Assembly: GCF_963921235.1 (NCBI RefSeq)
Contig: NC_086121.1
Location: 21,824,001-21,888,000 of the forward strand
Reading direction: 5' to 3'
Source of the DNA: Mobula hypostoma
Lineage: Eukaryota
DNA: 64,000 nt
The position numbers and the translations under genes are program-made. The notes beneath the pieces were generated by a model, which had not been told where the DNA came from, made no database searches, and worked only from the letters and a program-made list of their open reading frames with translations. This document shows positions 1 through 13,204 of the stretch, piece after piece. The first letter of the stretch is position 1; every line of letters begins with the position of its first letter.

Positions 1-88
1 AGTGCTCATTCTAGTCCACTGCCAATACTCAACAAACTACAATTATGAAGTCACTGACTTTATATGAAGAAAAATAAGAAGTGGTTGG

Positions 89-386
89 ATACCTCCCTAT
101 GGTGCTCCCTCCCCCTTCACTTCCTTCCATGGCCTTCTGACCTCTCCTATCAAAATCTCCCTTCTCCAGCCCTGTATCTCTTTCACCTATCACCTTGTGT
201 TTCTTTTGACCCTCCCCTCACCTTTTTACTCTGAATCCTCACCTTTTTTTCTCCAATCCTCATGAAGGGTCTTGGCCCGAAACTTCAACTATACTCTTTT
301 TCTATAGATGCTGTCTGGCATGCTGTGTTCCTCCAGCATTTTGTGTGTGTTGCTTGCATTTCTAGCATCTGCAGATTTTCTCTTGT
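89..386 (+). repeat. PLE terminal-repeat fragment with degenerate hammerhead
   Basis: Pyrimidine-rich tract, then CCTCATGAAGGGTCTTGGCCCGAAAC, then GATGCTG..TTCCTCCAGCATTTTGTGTGTG. Confidence 0.8.
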
Positions 387-624
387 AGGTGGTTGGATAC
401 ATATAGTTTTGCTAAAATAATTTTGATACAGCTAATGAATCACAGAATTTTGCAGTACAAGGAATCCCATGTCGGCACTGTTCAAATAACAGAAATTTGC
501 ACTTACAGAATTCACAAATAACTTCTCAAAAATTTGACATACCTAATAAAATTAGCTCTCGTGGAAAAAAAATAGGAAATAAAGACAATATCTTTTCAAC
601 TCTTGTTTCTTGGCAGAGACATAC

Positions 625-814
625 CATTGGTCCAGGGTTGTCAGCATACGCCCTATCAAATGCCTTGATGTGTTTGAACTCAAACATGTTTCTCTGCACG
701 AAGGTCTTCCTAATTTTTTGATTGGTCCACGTAATGAATAATTTATAATAATGGTTGGCTTTTTCTGTCAGTCCAGTCGAGAAATAGATTGGTGCCTTCA
801 AGTTCATTCTCTCC
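625..814 (-). CDS. INTS11: INTS11 coding exon 9 ([26 protein letters not shown]...NPGPM); gene continues beyond window start
   Basis: Within ORF 526..807. 190 nt with AG/GTATGT boundaries. Cumulative coding length 957 nt = 319 codons. Confidence 0.97.
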
Positions 815-1159
815 CTGTGTGCAGAAACAACAGTGACTTGTCAATATTGTCATGGATAATTTAACCATGGAGATTTCCCTTCTGCAGGCCTTTGGTGGAA
901 TTCATAATATGTGAATTATATGTGGTTTGTAAAAGAAATGAGTGTAATGAACTAAATTATCTTTTCTGTACATTCTGCATCAGAGTGTAGGTAGTACTGC
1001 TGGAAGTTTCTTTTCAATTCATCTCAAAATCTGAACCGTTTTGCCATTATAACTTTCACCTCTGTATCTGTTTAAATGTCAGTCAGTTTAAGGGACTTCT
1101 TCACTAACAGAGGCGCCAGATTTCAGATGGAATGTTACTTCGTACTAGCTTCTCACTTA

Positions 1160-1730
1160 GCAGGATTCTCAAAGTTGTTCAAAGATAAATAGACAAAGTC
1201 TTCCAATGTCCTGTGTAATAAGGCTACCTCTCAAAAGCACTCCAGTAACGCCCGGTGCATCCTCCTCTAATTTGGTGAGATTCAATGCAGGTTGGGGACT
1301 GCTTCATCAAACATCTTTGCTGTCTGCCACAACCGCCAGACTCTCCCTGCGGCCACCTCTTTCAATTTCACGTCTCATTCCCATAACAACTTATCTGTCC
1401 ATGGCCTCCTCTAATGCCACAAAAAGGCCAAACCCAGGCTGGAAGAACAACAAACACCCTGCTTTCTCCCCTACCCTTCTCTCTTTTTCCTACCCCATTC
1501 TGGTTACCCTCTCACCCTTCCCTTTCCCTCCCTTGCCCTCATATTCAGCCCACCACCTTCCTCTGGTTCCTTCCCTCCTTCCATTGTCCTCTCCTATTAG
1601 ATTCCTTCTTCTTCAGCCCTTTACCTCTTCCATCTGTCATCCACCCTCCCCCACCTTGTCTCATCTTCACCTGCCAACCAGGTCGCCAACCCTTCCCCTC
1701 CACCTTCTGATTCTGACATTTGCCCCTTAG
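1160..1730 (+). mobile_element. Old PLE 3' fragment
   Basis: Degenerate GIY-YIG region (AGGCTGGAAGAACAACA) followed by the same pyrimidine-rich tail. Confidence 0.6.
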
Positions 1731-2034
1731 CCTCAGCTCCTCTTTTGTGGCATTTCCCTATGGCTCTAAATACCCTGATCTTTCAAAAACGCATCTACTT
1801 CACCCTTAAATATCCCCGTGATCTACTCTCCTCAACCCTCTGAGGTAGGGAATTCCAGAGAGTGACGACACTATGCATTTCAGCTTTAAATGACACCCCC
1901 CCCCTTGTAACAATGTCCCCTTGATCAAGATTCTCCCACTAGTGGAAACATCTCCACAATTATCCTGTCATGCTCCCTAAAGACCTTATCTTTCAATAAG
2001 ATTACCGCTCATTTTCCTAAACTACGAAGAATAT

Positions 2035-2280
2035 TTATTTACTTGGTGATACTGCATGGAGAAGGCCCTTCCAGCCCTTCAATCCACACTGCCCTAGCAA
2101 CCCCAAGCAAACTACAGGACAATTTACAATGACCAATTAACCTACCCAGTATGTCTTTGGACTGTGGGAAACCCACACATTCCACAGGAAGGACATACAG
2201 AGACTCCTTACAGAACAGCACCGGAATTGAACTCCAAACTCCAGAATGCCCCAAGCTGTAGTTGCATCATGCTAACCACT
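2035..2280 (-). mobile_element. V-SINE-like element
   Basis: Reverse complement of the tRNA head plus V-domain (TTTCCCACAGTCCAAAGAC). Related copies at ~32690-32950, 33480-33735, 39233-39385 and 54860-55095. Confidence 0.65.
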
Positions 2281-2661
2281 ATGATCACACCTGATCATCT
2301 ACCGTCTTCCTGACTTACTATCAGACACATCTAATATTCCAAAACCTGTCACTTTTGAACGCAATCACTGACTGAGCTTCTACAGCCCTTGCGGAGATTC
2401 ACCACCCTCTGAATAAAGAAATTCCACATTGAAGTCCTAAAAGACCTACTCCTGTTTGACTCAAGATAAAACTGAAAAGCCTCATAATTTGTTTTAAAAA
2501 GCGATCAGCACAGAGATTGTAATGAACAGGGACTGAAACAGGAATCCGAAGCAAATACAATTGGACTTCAGATTTTTTGTAAACTTGGAAATCAGAAGCT
2601 GTCCTAAATTTTCCAATTTTTTTTAAACTGTGCTAATTATTTTAGAAAAGCTGAAATTTAC

Positions 2662-2726
2662 CAGAAGGTCTCCAGCAGGATGCAAAGTTCCTGGGCTCGT
2701 CCAAGGGCAAAGACTGGAATCAGCAC
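2662..2726 (-). CDS. INTS11: INTS11 coding exon 8 (VLIPVFALGRAQELCILLETFW)
   Basis: 65 nt with AG/GT boundaries; beta-CASP GRAQEL motif. Confidence 0.97.
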
Positions 2727-5641
2727 CTATGAACATGAAAGTTCATCAAAATACTGAACAAACCATTTCAGAAACATTATTGCAATTCACAGTTTACTCA
2801 CAGGTCGTTACTGCCTGTCTACTCAGTACAGACTGAGGGAGGTAGCAGGGACAGACCATTGGATCCCAGTTTCCTCTGATTTATGCTGAAAGTCTTTCAC
2901 CAAACAACCATGGTATGAGAGGGGAACAGTGAGGAAGGAAAATCCTGTTGCTGATCTTTCTTGGAAAGGGGTTATGTATTGATGGAGCCTATACCTTGAC
3001 TGAAACTTTGCACCAGTAGACTGAACACACAAGGTTCTGGAAGTAAGATAGCAAGGCTGATCACAGTCATTCTATCCTCTAAGACAACACTCTTAGGTTT
3101 GGTTTACCTAACGCAGGCTAGGAAGTGAAGCTGAATATTCTGCTCCTACCAAACCACTCAAAAAAGTACATCTGAAAATCAACAACATAACCCTGAATAA
3201 AAATGTTTACCTGACAAAATCAAAATTATTTTACTGGGCTTTAGCTTCTGAATAATCAACTGTGAAATAACTTCATTTTTGATTTCTATATCTAGGTGAT
3301 GTATACAGACACAAATAAAAGTTTTTAACAGAGGAAAAGACCTGAACCAACCACATTAACATGGAAAGATTGTTATCGAAGATGTCCTGCCCCCTGCAAG
3401 ACCCATCCAAACCATAAGTGCAGCTATATCCAGACAGTGAAACAAGGGGAAACTGACAGGCAGTGAGCTTCAGTGAAATCAAAACTTATACCACAAGTCA
3501 CCCCACATGAGGGGAACCAAGTTGGGAAGGAGAAAAAGAAGAAAATAGAGAGCAACTGGTTGGTATGGTAGTGTTACCAAATGCTCCAACAATGTTACCA
3601 ACTCAGTTCAGGGGCTGCAGATGACCTCCAGAGCAATCAAGATGCAGGGTTTGGCTGGATCACTCTAGAGGAAAAGAATAGTTCACAGTTCTACAGAGTG
3701 CAATATTCCAAGCAGAAAGAGATACCTGGAGTCCTCAAAGAGGCTCGTAGAAAAATTAAGGCACAAGGTAGAAGGAGAAGGAAAAGAAAATGGAACCAAT
3801 TTGGCAAACTAAAAATGGTTCTCTGCACAAACCAATGTGACAGGAGCAACACCACTTGCAACCTACTTTTGGGAAGCCAAGAACATCAATGCCAACGGCA
3901 AAATTTACCTTTGCTGGAAACCAGTGCAGAACTCCAGGCATCCCAGCTTTAGGAATCTGGGACCAGTACCACAGGAGCTCTGGGAACCCATCAAAAAGAA
4001 CAACACTCTCATGCTACTGTCGGTTCTAGGTTGAAGAGACTGAGTTTGGGAGGTAAAGTCAATGTAACCTAGGTAGTGGATTTTTAATATGATAGATACT
4101 GCCACCGCTGTGTTCTGGTGCTATAGAAAATGAATGTTCAAGGTGGTGGACTGAGCACAGTTCAAATAGACTGCTTTGTCCTAGATAATGTTCAAGTTTC
4201 TTGAGAACTTTTTGGGCTGTTCTCATCTAGACAATTGAAGAATACTTTATCAACCGCCTGACTTGTGCATTGTCAATGGAGGAAAGCTTTGGAGAGTCAC
4301 TGACTGCAAAATACCTAAATCAGTTCTTGGAGTCATGAGATTTACGTAGCTGATCCTGCTGAATTTCTTGCTAATGGACTCACCTTTCTTCCCCGAGAAT
4401 ATTGATGTTGGGGAATGTCAAGGATAGGTGGTTAGTGTGTTATTTTTCATTACAGTTCTGGTTACTCACACAGAATTCCACTACTTTTCTGATTCTCATG
4501 AACAAATGAACTAATATAATAATACTAAAGGCACTGGGGGAACTCAGTGGGTCTGGCCCCCACCTATGGAGTGATGTGGATAGTCAACATTTCTGGTTCA
4601 TCTGGATGTGAGGTAGCCGGTATAAAAATGTGGAGGGAAGGGTTGGAGCATGAACAAGCAGGTGATAGGTGGACCTAGGCTGGTGTGGGGTCTGGGGGAA
4701 GTGACAAGGAGATGAGGGCAGGAATAATGTCAGAAGCTGGGGCATGATGGGAGGGGAAAAAAGGATGAGCCATGATTTATGGTCTTATGTCTCTTGCTGA
4801 AAATCATCACTGCTTGGCACTTTCACGATGTGCATGTTACTTGTCACTTAAAATTGCATGTCTAAATCTTGCGGCATGCAAGCGTGGACTTGTTCTTTGC
4901 CGAGGAATCAAGCAAGCACAGAATCCAAATGTACTCCTGCTCATTTGTCATTATGAATAGCACACAGGTAGCATAAATGTGTGCAGCACAACGGACAGGA
5001 GACCATAAATCAACGCATGCTGAATCTACATTTGCAATTCCAGTTCAAAGACGGAGGTAGGCAGTGTAAAGGTGTCAGATAAGAAATGCACTGCATTGGC
5101 ATACCCTTGTTTTGATACCCCTCTCCTTATCCATCGTCTAACGTTATTTCGTCAGAACACTTCACAATGTCTTGGTTATCCATGGGAGACTAGCTATAAA
5201 CCAAGACTATTTTTGTTTCTTCTTTTCTCTTTCTCCATCTGTCCTAATATCCACCCCGAGTCCATGGACACCTCTTAACATCGAGAAGCTCACCTTCTTA
5301 CCTGGTACTTCAAGCAGTGAATGTCAAAGTGTTGACATTCAGATGAGTTGATACCATCCCCGCTATACATTGTTATGCCATACATTTCATACAAAAGCAC
5401 CAGATCAGGTGTGATGAGAATAAAGCTCAGAGAGCACAGTAACACTCAGATGCTCACTGTCCTAATCTACTGTGCCATCACCAAGCCTGCATGGATAATT
5501 AGTAAAGAAAAAGTTATAACCAGAGAAGACTAGGCAGAAAATGGTTCAGCACAGCCAAGAAGGGCCAAAAGGCCTGTTTCTGTGCTGTAGTTTCTATGGT
5601 TAATATATATTTCTACAGAGAGTACAATATTTAAGCCGTAC

Positions 5642-5780
5642 CTTTCCACCCCTCTCTATCGCATCATGCACTTTCTTCAGAAAATCTCTTTCTCGGCACC
5701 GCTTTGAGTCTCGGATGGTCGTGGCGTATGTAGATTCTGAGATTAATAAGTCAGGGCGACATTTGTCAATCCAAGCAGCT
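5642..5780 (-). CDS. INTS11: INTS11 coding exon 7 ([46 protein letters not shown])
   Basis: 139 nt with AG/GT boundaries. ESTY motif (catalytic Glu203 equivalent) is intact. Confidence 0.97.
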
Positions 5781-6559
5781 CTAAGACATACAAAAAGTCA
5801 AGGATTTGAGAAATCAAATATTAATCGCAGAATAACTGAGTGTTGGAAGATAGAAGTATCTCAAACAGCCCATCAACTCTGCACAGTCTAGCATTTAATC
5901 AGAAGGAGAGAATCTGCCCATTGCAAATTTGTCAGCTCTTTGAAAAATATCAGCCAATTGTTTCCACTTCCATGCTTATTAATGAAGCTCTACAATTCCA
6001 TCTTTCCAATCAAACCCGAAAGGCTCTTAAACTATAATTAATTTACACTAACATGTAGCTCTGAAGTATCAGATTTTTTTTCTGCAGAATAGCATGTGTG
6101 CTGTTTTTATTTTGATGGCAGAGCGGTAATTAAAGCCTTTGGATTTAACAGAAAAGCCTTCATTATTTCATTAGAAATGAAACTCATAGTAGGATAAGAA
6201 ACAGCACCAACTCTCTGGCTGGCAGCATGGCTATGCTAGGAAAAAACAATAATCACATCCCACATATCGAAAAATTGTACACATTTCTTAGGCTTGGGCA
6301 CCATTCTCAATGATGTCCATAGATGGCTGTTCTGATGCTCATGAGAATGGCACAAGACGTTATGCCATTGCAGAACAATGGTCTTGCAACACCTGGCATT
6401 CTTTATCCATTCCTCCTTTTCAACTATCTGCAAATTATGAAACCTGGTTTGAAAAGACCCATTTCTTTGGTCAATGGTGTTCCAACCAAATGAATCACAC
6501 ATCCAAACCAAAAGCAACAATAAAAAAGACAAGTGCAGCAAGGGGAAAAATAACGAGCT

Positions 6560-7053
6560 TAAGTGGTCTGTGTTCTACAGATGTACTATGGAGAGTATTC
6601 TAACTGGCTGCATCACTGTCTGGTGGGGAGGGGAGGGGGACCTACTGCTCAGGATCAAAATAAGCAGCAGAGAATTATAAACTTAGTCAGCTCCATCATG
6701 GGCACTAGCCTCCGTAGTAAGCAGGACATCTTCAAGGACCAGTGCCTCAAAAGGCAGTGTGGATCATTAAGGACCCCCACCACCAACTCATTGCTACCAT
6801 CAGGAAGGATGTACAGAAGCTTGAAGGAACACACTCAGTGATTCAGGAACTACTATCTGACTTCTGAATGGACATTGAACCCATGAACACTACCTCACTA
6901 CTTTTTAATTTCTATTTTTGCACGACTTATCTAATTTAACTATGGTATACATTTACAGTAATTCAGATTTTTTTCATTATGTACTGCATTGTACTGATGC
7001 TGCAAAGATTACAAATTTCACAACATATGCCAGTGAAATTAAACCAGATTCTG
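6560..7053 (+). mobile_element. Rex1/Babar-type LINE 3' fragment
   Basis: MESILTGCITVW, LLPSGRMYRSLK; same 3' tail. Confidence 0.8.
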
Positions 7054-7380
7054 AGCTGCCCTATACGAAAAATAGAAAGCTAGCAGATAAATGTCAAAAT
7101 CTATATTTATAACTAATCTCCCTGATGTCATGATGTTCAGTTTTTTTTACTACTCAACTGCACTGAACAAAAATCTATCACACCAAGGTTGAAGGCAGCA
7201 TTACCCAACACCAGTGCATCTATAGATTTAGGTACCTGCCATTTTAACTTTAATTGCTGACCATTGAGTGGAGAAAGTCCTATTTCTCCATGACCTGTAA
7301 GAAAAGCTGGCTGAGTCAGAGGTATGCTTTTTTTTACATTTAATGCTGGTGGCACTATGCCTTTGGTAGGATGGAACAAT

Positions 7381-8327
7381 CAACACTGGTACACCTCAGG
7401 GGTGTATACTTAGCCCACTGCTCTACTCTCTATATACCCAAGACTGTGTGGCTAGGCACAGCTCAATTACCATCTATAAATTTGCTGACGATACAACCAT
7501 TGTTGGTAGAATCTCAGGTGGTGACGAGAGGGTGTACAGGAGTGAGATATGCCAACTAGTGGAGTGGTGTCACAGCAACAACCTGGCACTCAATGTCAGT
7601 AAGACAAAAGAGCTGATTGTGGGCTTCAGGAAGGGCAAGACTAAGGAACACATACCAATCCTCATAGAGGGATCAGAAGTGGAGAGAGTGAGCAGCTTCA
7701 AGTTCCTGGCTGTCAAGATCTCTGAGGATCTAACCTGGTCCCAACATATCGATGGAGCTATAAAGAAGGCAAGACAGCGACTGTACTTCATTAGGAGTTT
7801 GAAGAGATTTGGTATGTCAACAAAAACACTCAAAAACTTCTATAGTTGTACTGTGGAGAGCATTCTGACAGGCTGCATCACTGTCTGGTATGGGGGTGGG
7901 GGGGTGGCTACTGCACAGGACCGAAAGAAGCTCCATCTTGGGTACTAACCTACAAAGTACCCAGGAGATCTTCAGGGAGCAGTGTCTCAGAAAGGCAACA
8001 TCCATTATTAAGGACTCCCAGCACCCAAGGCATGCCCTTTTCACATTGTTACCATCAAGTAGGAGGTACAGAAGCCTGGAGTCACATACTCAGCGATTTA
8101 GGAACAGCTTCTTCCCCTCTGCCATCCGATTCCAAAATGGACATTGAACCTGTGAACACTACCTCACTTTTTCAATATATATATTTTTTTGCATGATCTC
8201 TAATATACATATACTGTAACTGATTGATTGATTTCTTTCTATATTATGTATTGCATTGAACTGCTGCTGCCAAATTAACAAATTTCACGACACATGCTGG
8301 TGATAATAAACCTGATTCTGATTCTGA
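7381..8327 (+). mobile_element. Rex1/Babar-type LINE 3' fragment
   Basis: KFADDTTIVGRI, WCHSNNLALNVSKTKELIV, VESILTGCITVWYG, RFRNSFFPSAIR, and an (ATTCTG)n tail. Confidence 0.85.
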
Positions 8328-8401
8328 CTTAAGAGTCCTCTGGCAGCATCGGTAATCAAAAACGCTGTCAGATTTGGATATGCTGCCAATAGAAGATTAT
8401 T

Positions 8402-8843
8402 TTTATTTTTTTTTATATAATTTTTATTAAATTTTCAAAAAGAATACATGAAAAGATAAAATCTACCCACCCCCCCCTCCCCTTAACCCTCCCTCCCCCA
8501 TATATATAGTCCTACCTAAAAGAAAAAAAGAGAAAAAAAAAAGAGCCGCCTGGGTATTGGAAGGTTTCCACATGCTCCATGGGATTCAAAATAAATTTGG
8601 TATAATTATTCGTTACTTTCCCCAAGTAACCAAATTCTTTGTCGGAGCATTTAAATATGACATCCTATCTTTTGTAAATAAGGGCGCCAAATATTCAAGA
8701 ATGTTACATAATTATCTCTTAAATTATAAGTAATTTTTTTTCAAGTGGAATAGAACCAGCCATTTCATTATTCCAACGATCCATACTTAAATATGAATCA
8801 GATTTCCAAGTAACTGCTATAGTCTTCTTAGCTACTGCCAATG
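8402..8843 (-). mobile_element. 5'-truncated L1 with A-rich tail and 15-bp TSD
   Basis: TSD CAATAGAAGATTATT at 8387-8401 and 8844-8858. ORF2 C-terminus ALAVAKKTIAVTWK...PLEK...IWRPYL. Confidence 0.85.
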
Positions 8844-9329
8844 CAATAGAAGATTATTAAAATATGCTTTGGAACCATGTACCAAATGTAGCCATTCTTG
8901 TTAATAAATGTGCTGGTGAGACACCCTTTGGTTATTGGTGGTATTACTAATATTTAACAAATTGGTACTGAAGCAGCCTGACCTCCACAGGAAATCAGAA
9001 TTTACACTGTTCATGCTGCACTATATTTACACCAAAAATGTTCTATCAATCTTAACAATGCTGAAAGACAGATATAAACCACAACAAACAAGATGAAAGC
9101 AGCACATAGGAGACTGGAATAAATCATTGAACATTGCAGCATTTTCAGTAAGCCACAGCTTACAATGTCAGGAACATATCAAGAACAGCATTGGGGATGA
9201 AAAGAAAGCAATTGTTATAGAAATGCAACATTCTGTTGTCTTTATGCAGGGTCAGACGCAGCAAGTACCCGACAGGTCTCAATATGGCAGAATTTAAAAA
9301 CACAGAATATCATAATAGTTGATACAGTC

Positions 9330-10011
9330 TTCATACAGAGATCAGAAGTGGAAAGAGTGAGCAATTTCAAGTTCCTGGGCATCAGTATCTCTGAGGACTT
9401 ATCCTGGGCCCATCACATCAATGCAGTTACAGAGAAGGCACAACAGTGGCTATATTTCAATAGGGAGCAGGATTCGTATGTCACCAAAGACGCAAACAAA
9501 TTTCTACATTGTGTACCATGGAGAGCATTCTCATAGGCTGCATCACCATCTGGTGGGGGGGTGGGGGGGCTACTATACAGGATCAAAATAAGCTGCAGAG
9601 AGTTGTAAGCTTAGCTCCTTCATAGGCACTAGCCTCCGTAGTATCTAGGACATCTTCAAGGAGCAATGCCTCCAAAAGCAATGCCTCACCCAGGACATGC
9701 CCTCTTCTCATCGCTACCATCAGAAAGGAGGCACAGGAGCCTGAAGGCACACACTCAGCAATTCAGGAACAGCTTCTTCACCTCTGCTATCCGATATCTA
9801 AATGAACACTATCTCACCACCTACTTCCTTATTTTTACACTACATATAAACACACATATACGTATATATACAGACAGACACAAAGACACACACACACACA
9901 CACACACAATGTAGTTCACATTTTTTTCTCTATTATCATGTATTGCATTGGACTGCTGCCACAAAGGCAATGATTTCACAACACACACTGGTGACATTAA
10001 ACCCAATTCTG
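9330..10011 (+). mobile_element. Rex1/Babar-type LINE 3' fragment
   Basis: ERVSNFKFLGISISEDLSW, HPGHALFSSLPS, FRNSFF. Confidence 0.8.
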
Positions 10012-10287
10012 AGACTCATCCCCCTGCGTTGATGACGTGCAGCAACATGAACGGAAAATGATGAGGGAAAACCAACATCCAAATCTACATCAAAAATCAA
10101 ATTAGTGTGGTACAATCTAACAGCTTCAGAGGTGACAATCATTACTCTGAATAAATTCAAGAACATCGGAGAAGTATAACAGAACTACAACTCTGTTTTA
10201 ACCAATACCTAACTTCAACAAGAGGCAACATTTTTGGAAGAGGTATAAGCATTTACTGGGAAATTACAATTGAAACAGATAAGTTTA

Positions 10288-11893
10288 CAGTGCCTATAAA
10301 AAGTTTTCACCCTCCCCGTCCCCTGAAGTTTTCTTTTGTTGTCTTACAACATTGAATCAAAGTGGATTTAATTTGGCTTTTTTGACACTGATCAACAGAA
10401 AAAAACTCTTTCATGTCAAAGTGAAAACAAATTTAGAAAAATTGGTCTAAATTTATTACAATTATTAAACACAAAATAATTGATTGCATCATTACTCACC
10501 CCCTTCGTCAGTATTTAGCAGACGCACCTTTGGCAGCAATTACAGCCTTCAGTCTTTGTGGATAGGTCTCTATCTGCTTTGCACATCTGGACACTGGAAT
10601 TTTTCCCCATTCTTCTTTACAAAACTGCCCAAGTTCTATCAGATTGCGTGGGGATCGTGAGTGAACAGCCCTTTTCAAATCCAGTTACAAGTTCTAAATT
10701 GGATTGAGGTCTGGACTCTGACTTGGCCACTCCAGGACATTAACTTTGTTGTTTTTAAGCCAATCTTGTGTAGCTTTGGCTTTATGCTTGGGGTCACTGT
10801 CTTGCTGGAAAACAAATCTTCTTCTAAGTTGCAGTTCTCCTGCATCAGTTTTTCCTCCAGGATTTCCCAGCATTCATTTCACCCTCTCCCTTCACAAGCC
10901 TTCCAGGGCCTGCTGCAGTGAAGCATCCCCACAGCATGATGCAGCCATCACCATGCTTCACAGAAGGGATGGTGTGTTTTTGATGATGTGTGGTGTTTGG
11001 CTTACGCCAAACATAGCCTTTAGCCTGACAGCGAAAATGCTCAATTTTGGTTTCATCAGACCATAGAACCTTCTTCCAGTTGACTTCAGTCTCCCACATG
11101 CCTCTGGCAAACTCTAACCGAGATTTCATGTGAGTTTTTTTTCCAACAGAGACTTTCTCTTTGCCACTCTCCCATAAAGCTGCGACTGGTAAGCACTCAG
11201 GCAACAGTTGTTGTATACACAGTCTCTCCCATCTCAGCCACTGAAGCTTGTAACTCATCCAGAGCTGTCACAGGTTTCTTGCTGGCCTCCCTCACTAATG
11301 CCCTTCTTTCATGGTCACTCATTTTTTGAGGACGGCCTACTCTAGGCAGATTTACAGCTGTGCTATATTCTTTCCATTTGTTGATGATGGACTTAACTGT
11401 ACTCCAAGCAATATACAGTGCCTTGGATATTTTCTTGTATCCATCTCCTGACTTGTGCTTTTCAATAACCTTTTTGCGGAGTTGCTTGGAGTTTTCCTTT
11501 GTCGTCATGGTGTAGTTTTTGCCAGGATACTGATACCAACAGCTGGACCTTCCTGATGTGGGTGTATTTTCACTACTGTCAATTGAAACACCTTGACTGC
11601 ACACAGGTGATTGCCATTTAACTGGTTATGTGACTTCTAAAACCAACTGGGTGCACGAGTGATTTGGTGTGTCATATTAAAGGGCGTGAATACTTATGCA
11701 ATCAATTATTTTATGTGTTATATTTGTAATTAATTTAGAACACTTTGTAGAGATATGTTTTTACTTTGACATGAAAGAGTCTTTTTCTGTTATCAGTGTC
11801 AAAAAAGCCAAATTAAATACACTATGATTCAATGTTGTAAAACAATAAGACATGATAATTTCCAGGGTTGGTGAATACTTTTTACAGGCACTG
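10288..11893 (-). mobile_element. Full-length Tc1 (IR/DR type, DD34E) DNA transposon, inactivated
   Basis: TA target duplication (10286-10287, 11894-11895) and termini CAGTGCCT(A/G)TAAAAAGT. Inverted repeats ~200 bp with inner direct repeats. Transposase ~11508..10508 ([28 protein letters not shown]) has frameshifts and a TAG at the catalytic Glu position. Confidence 0.93.
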
Positions 11894-11929
11894 TAGTAGC
11901 ATAAAAAAAGACGCAGTGTACATTCTTAC

Positions 11930-11964
11930 CCTAGATGTCGATCTGGTGTCATGTTGTAGTCACC
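11930..11964 (-). CDS. INTS11: INTS11 coding exon 6, 35-nt micro-exon (GDYNMTPDRHLG)
   Basis: ccacag|GGT GAC TAC AAC ATG ACA CCA GAT CGA CAT CTA GG|gtaag. Phase is consistent with both neighbours. Confidence 0.96.
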
Positions 11965-12173
11965 CTGTGGATATTTAAAACCAAATAAATACCAAAGAGA
12001 ACTAAAATTACGAGCCAACTTTAAAAAAAAGACATTATATTTTATTGTCGAAGTTTCTTAGGGACTATTGTTCCTAGAGCACTTCTCATTTAAGTGAATT
12101 GAAACCCCATTCAGACAAGAATCAGAAGCTGAGAAAAACAAATCCAGCATGTCCTAAACAAGACAAAATACAC

Positions 12174-12322
12174 CACGCACAAAATGCTGGAGGAACTCTG
12201 CAGGCCAGGTAGCATCTATGGAAAAGAGTAAACAGTCACCGCTTCGGGCTGAGACCCTTCTTCAGGGTTCTTTTCCACAAATGCTGCCTGGCCCACTGAG
12301 TTCCTCCAGCATTTTGTGTGTG
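12174..12322. repeat. Palindromic PLE-derived mini-element (~54-bp inverted arms around a degenerate hammerhead)
   Basis: Arm 12174-12226 is the near reverse complement of 12269-12322. Confidence 0.8.
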
Positions 12323-12813
12323 TTCCAGCATTCCCTGGGGCCCCTGCAACCTGTTTCCCAATTATCACCAGCCCTTCCCAATTGTTACGTCAGCAACTAA
12401 TGGATGAATGAAGATATCATTGAATTTAGTTGTGTTATAGTTAGGGCTCAATATCCTACAGAACTCACAATGTAAACTAGCGCATAAACGATGGCTATTC
12501 ATCATAGCCTTTCCGTTCTTCAATCAAGTTGCAAAAGCAGACAGGTCAGAAATGGCAGCAATCTGATCATTCAGTATAGTTAATACTGCAGCAAGTGAAT
12601 ATCCTTGGTAAACTACGATACAAATCTCACTATGTTAAATCAGTTGTTCAATGTAATAAGAAACATTGTAATAACGTATTTGGGATTCAAAATAATGTGG
12701 TAATAAAAGTCAAATGACATACTAATTAGCTCTGATCCTTGAACCAACTTCTCCCAGTATTCCGTTTTAGTTATGCATGGATAGTGTAGTTGCTGAGGTT
12801 TAATCATACTTAC

Positions 12814-12912
12814 AGTATACACCACAGACTCTGAGCCCACCCGGATGTGAACCATGGCTGCACCCAGCACGTGGCCAGCGTAATATGCTTTTATTTCAAG
12901 TTCATCGTCAAC
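12814..12912 (-). CDS. INTS11: INTS11 coding exon 5 ([33 protein letters not shown])
   Basis: Within ORF 12640..12939. AGH motif; 99 nt; AG/GTAAGT boundaries. Confidence 0.98.
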
Positions 12913-13204
12913 CTGGATCATTCCAAAAATATAAATCATGTACCTTTGAACTGAGACACTTCAGACAAATCAGCAGTACTGTTTTATTGGAACTGGGTAG
13001 AGAACAGGGATATGTGAATCATTCACCTCAGGTTGAAGGGGCAGTAGAATTGATTTTTAAAAAAAATATTACTTATAACAGAACAAAATCTCCATAAAGG
13101 CCGAACTGAAACAGTGCAAGCCTGGACACCAGTGTATTAACCATGTATCCTGAGAATCCATTCCCCTAGAATGCAAATGATTATAAACAATAATAAAAAT
13201 TTTA

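Noticed and set aside
2840-4030. Coding-looking stretches and 60-120 aa ORFs in an INTS11 intron
   Set aside because: No motif or splice chain I could support; probably very old TE debris.
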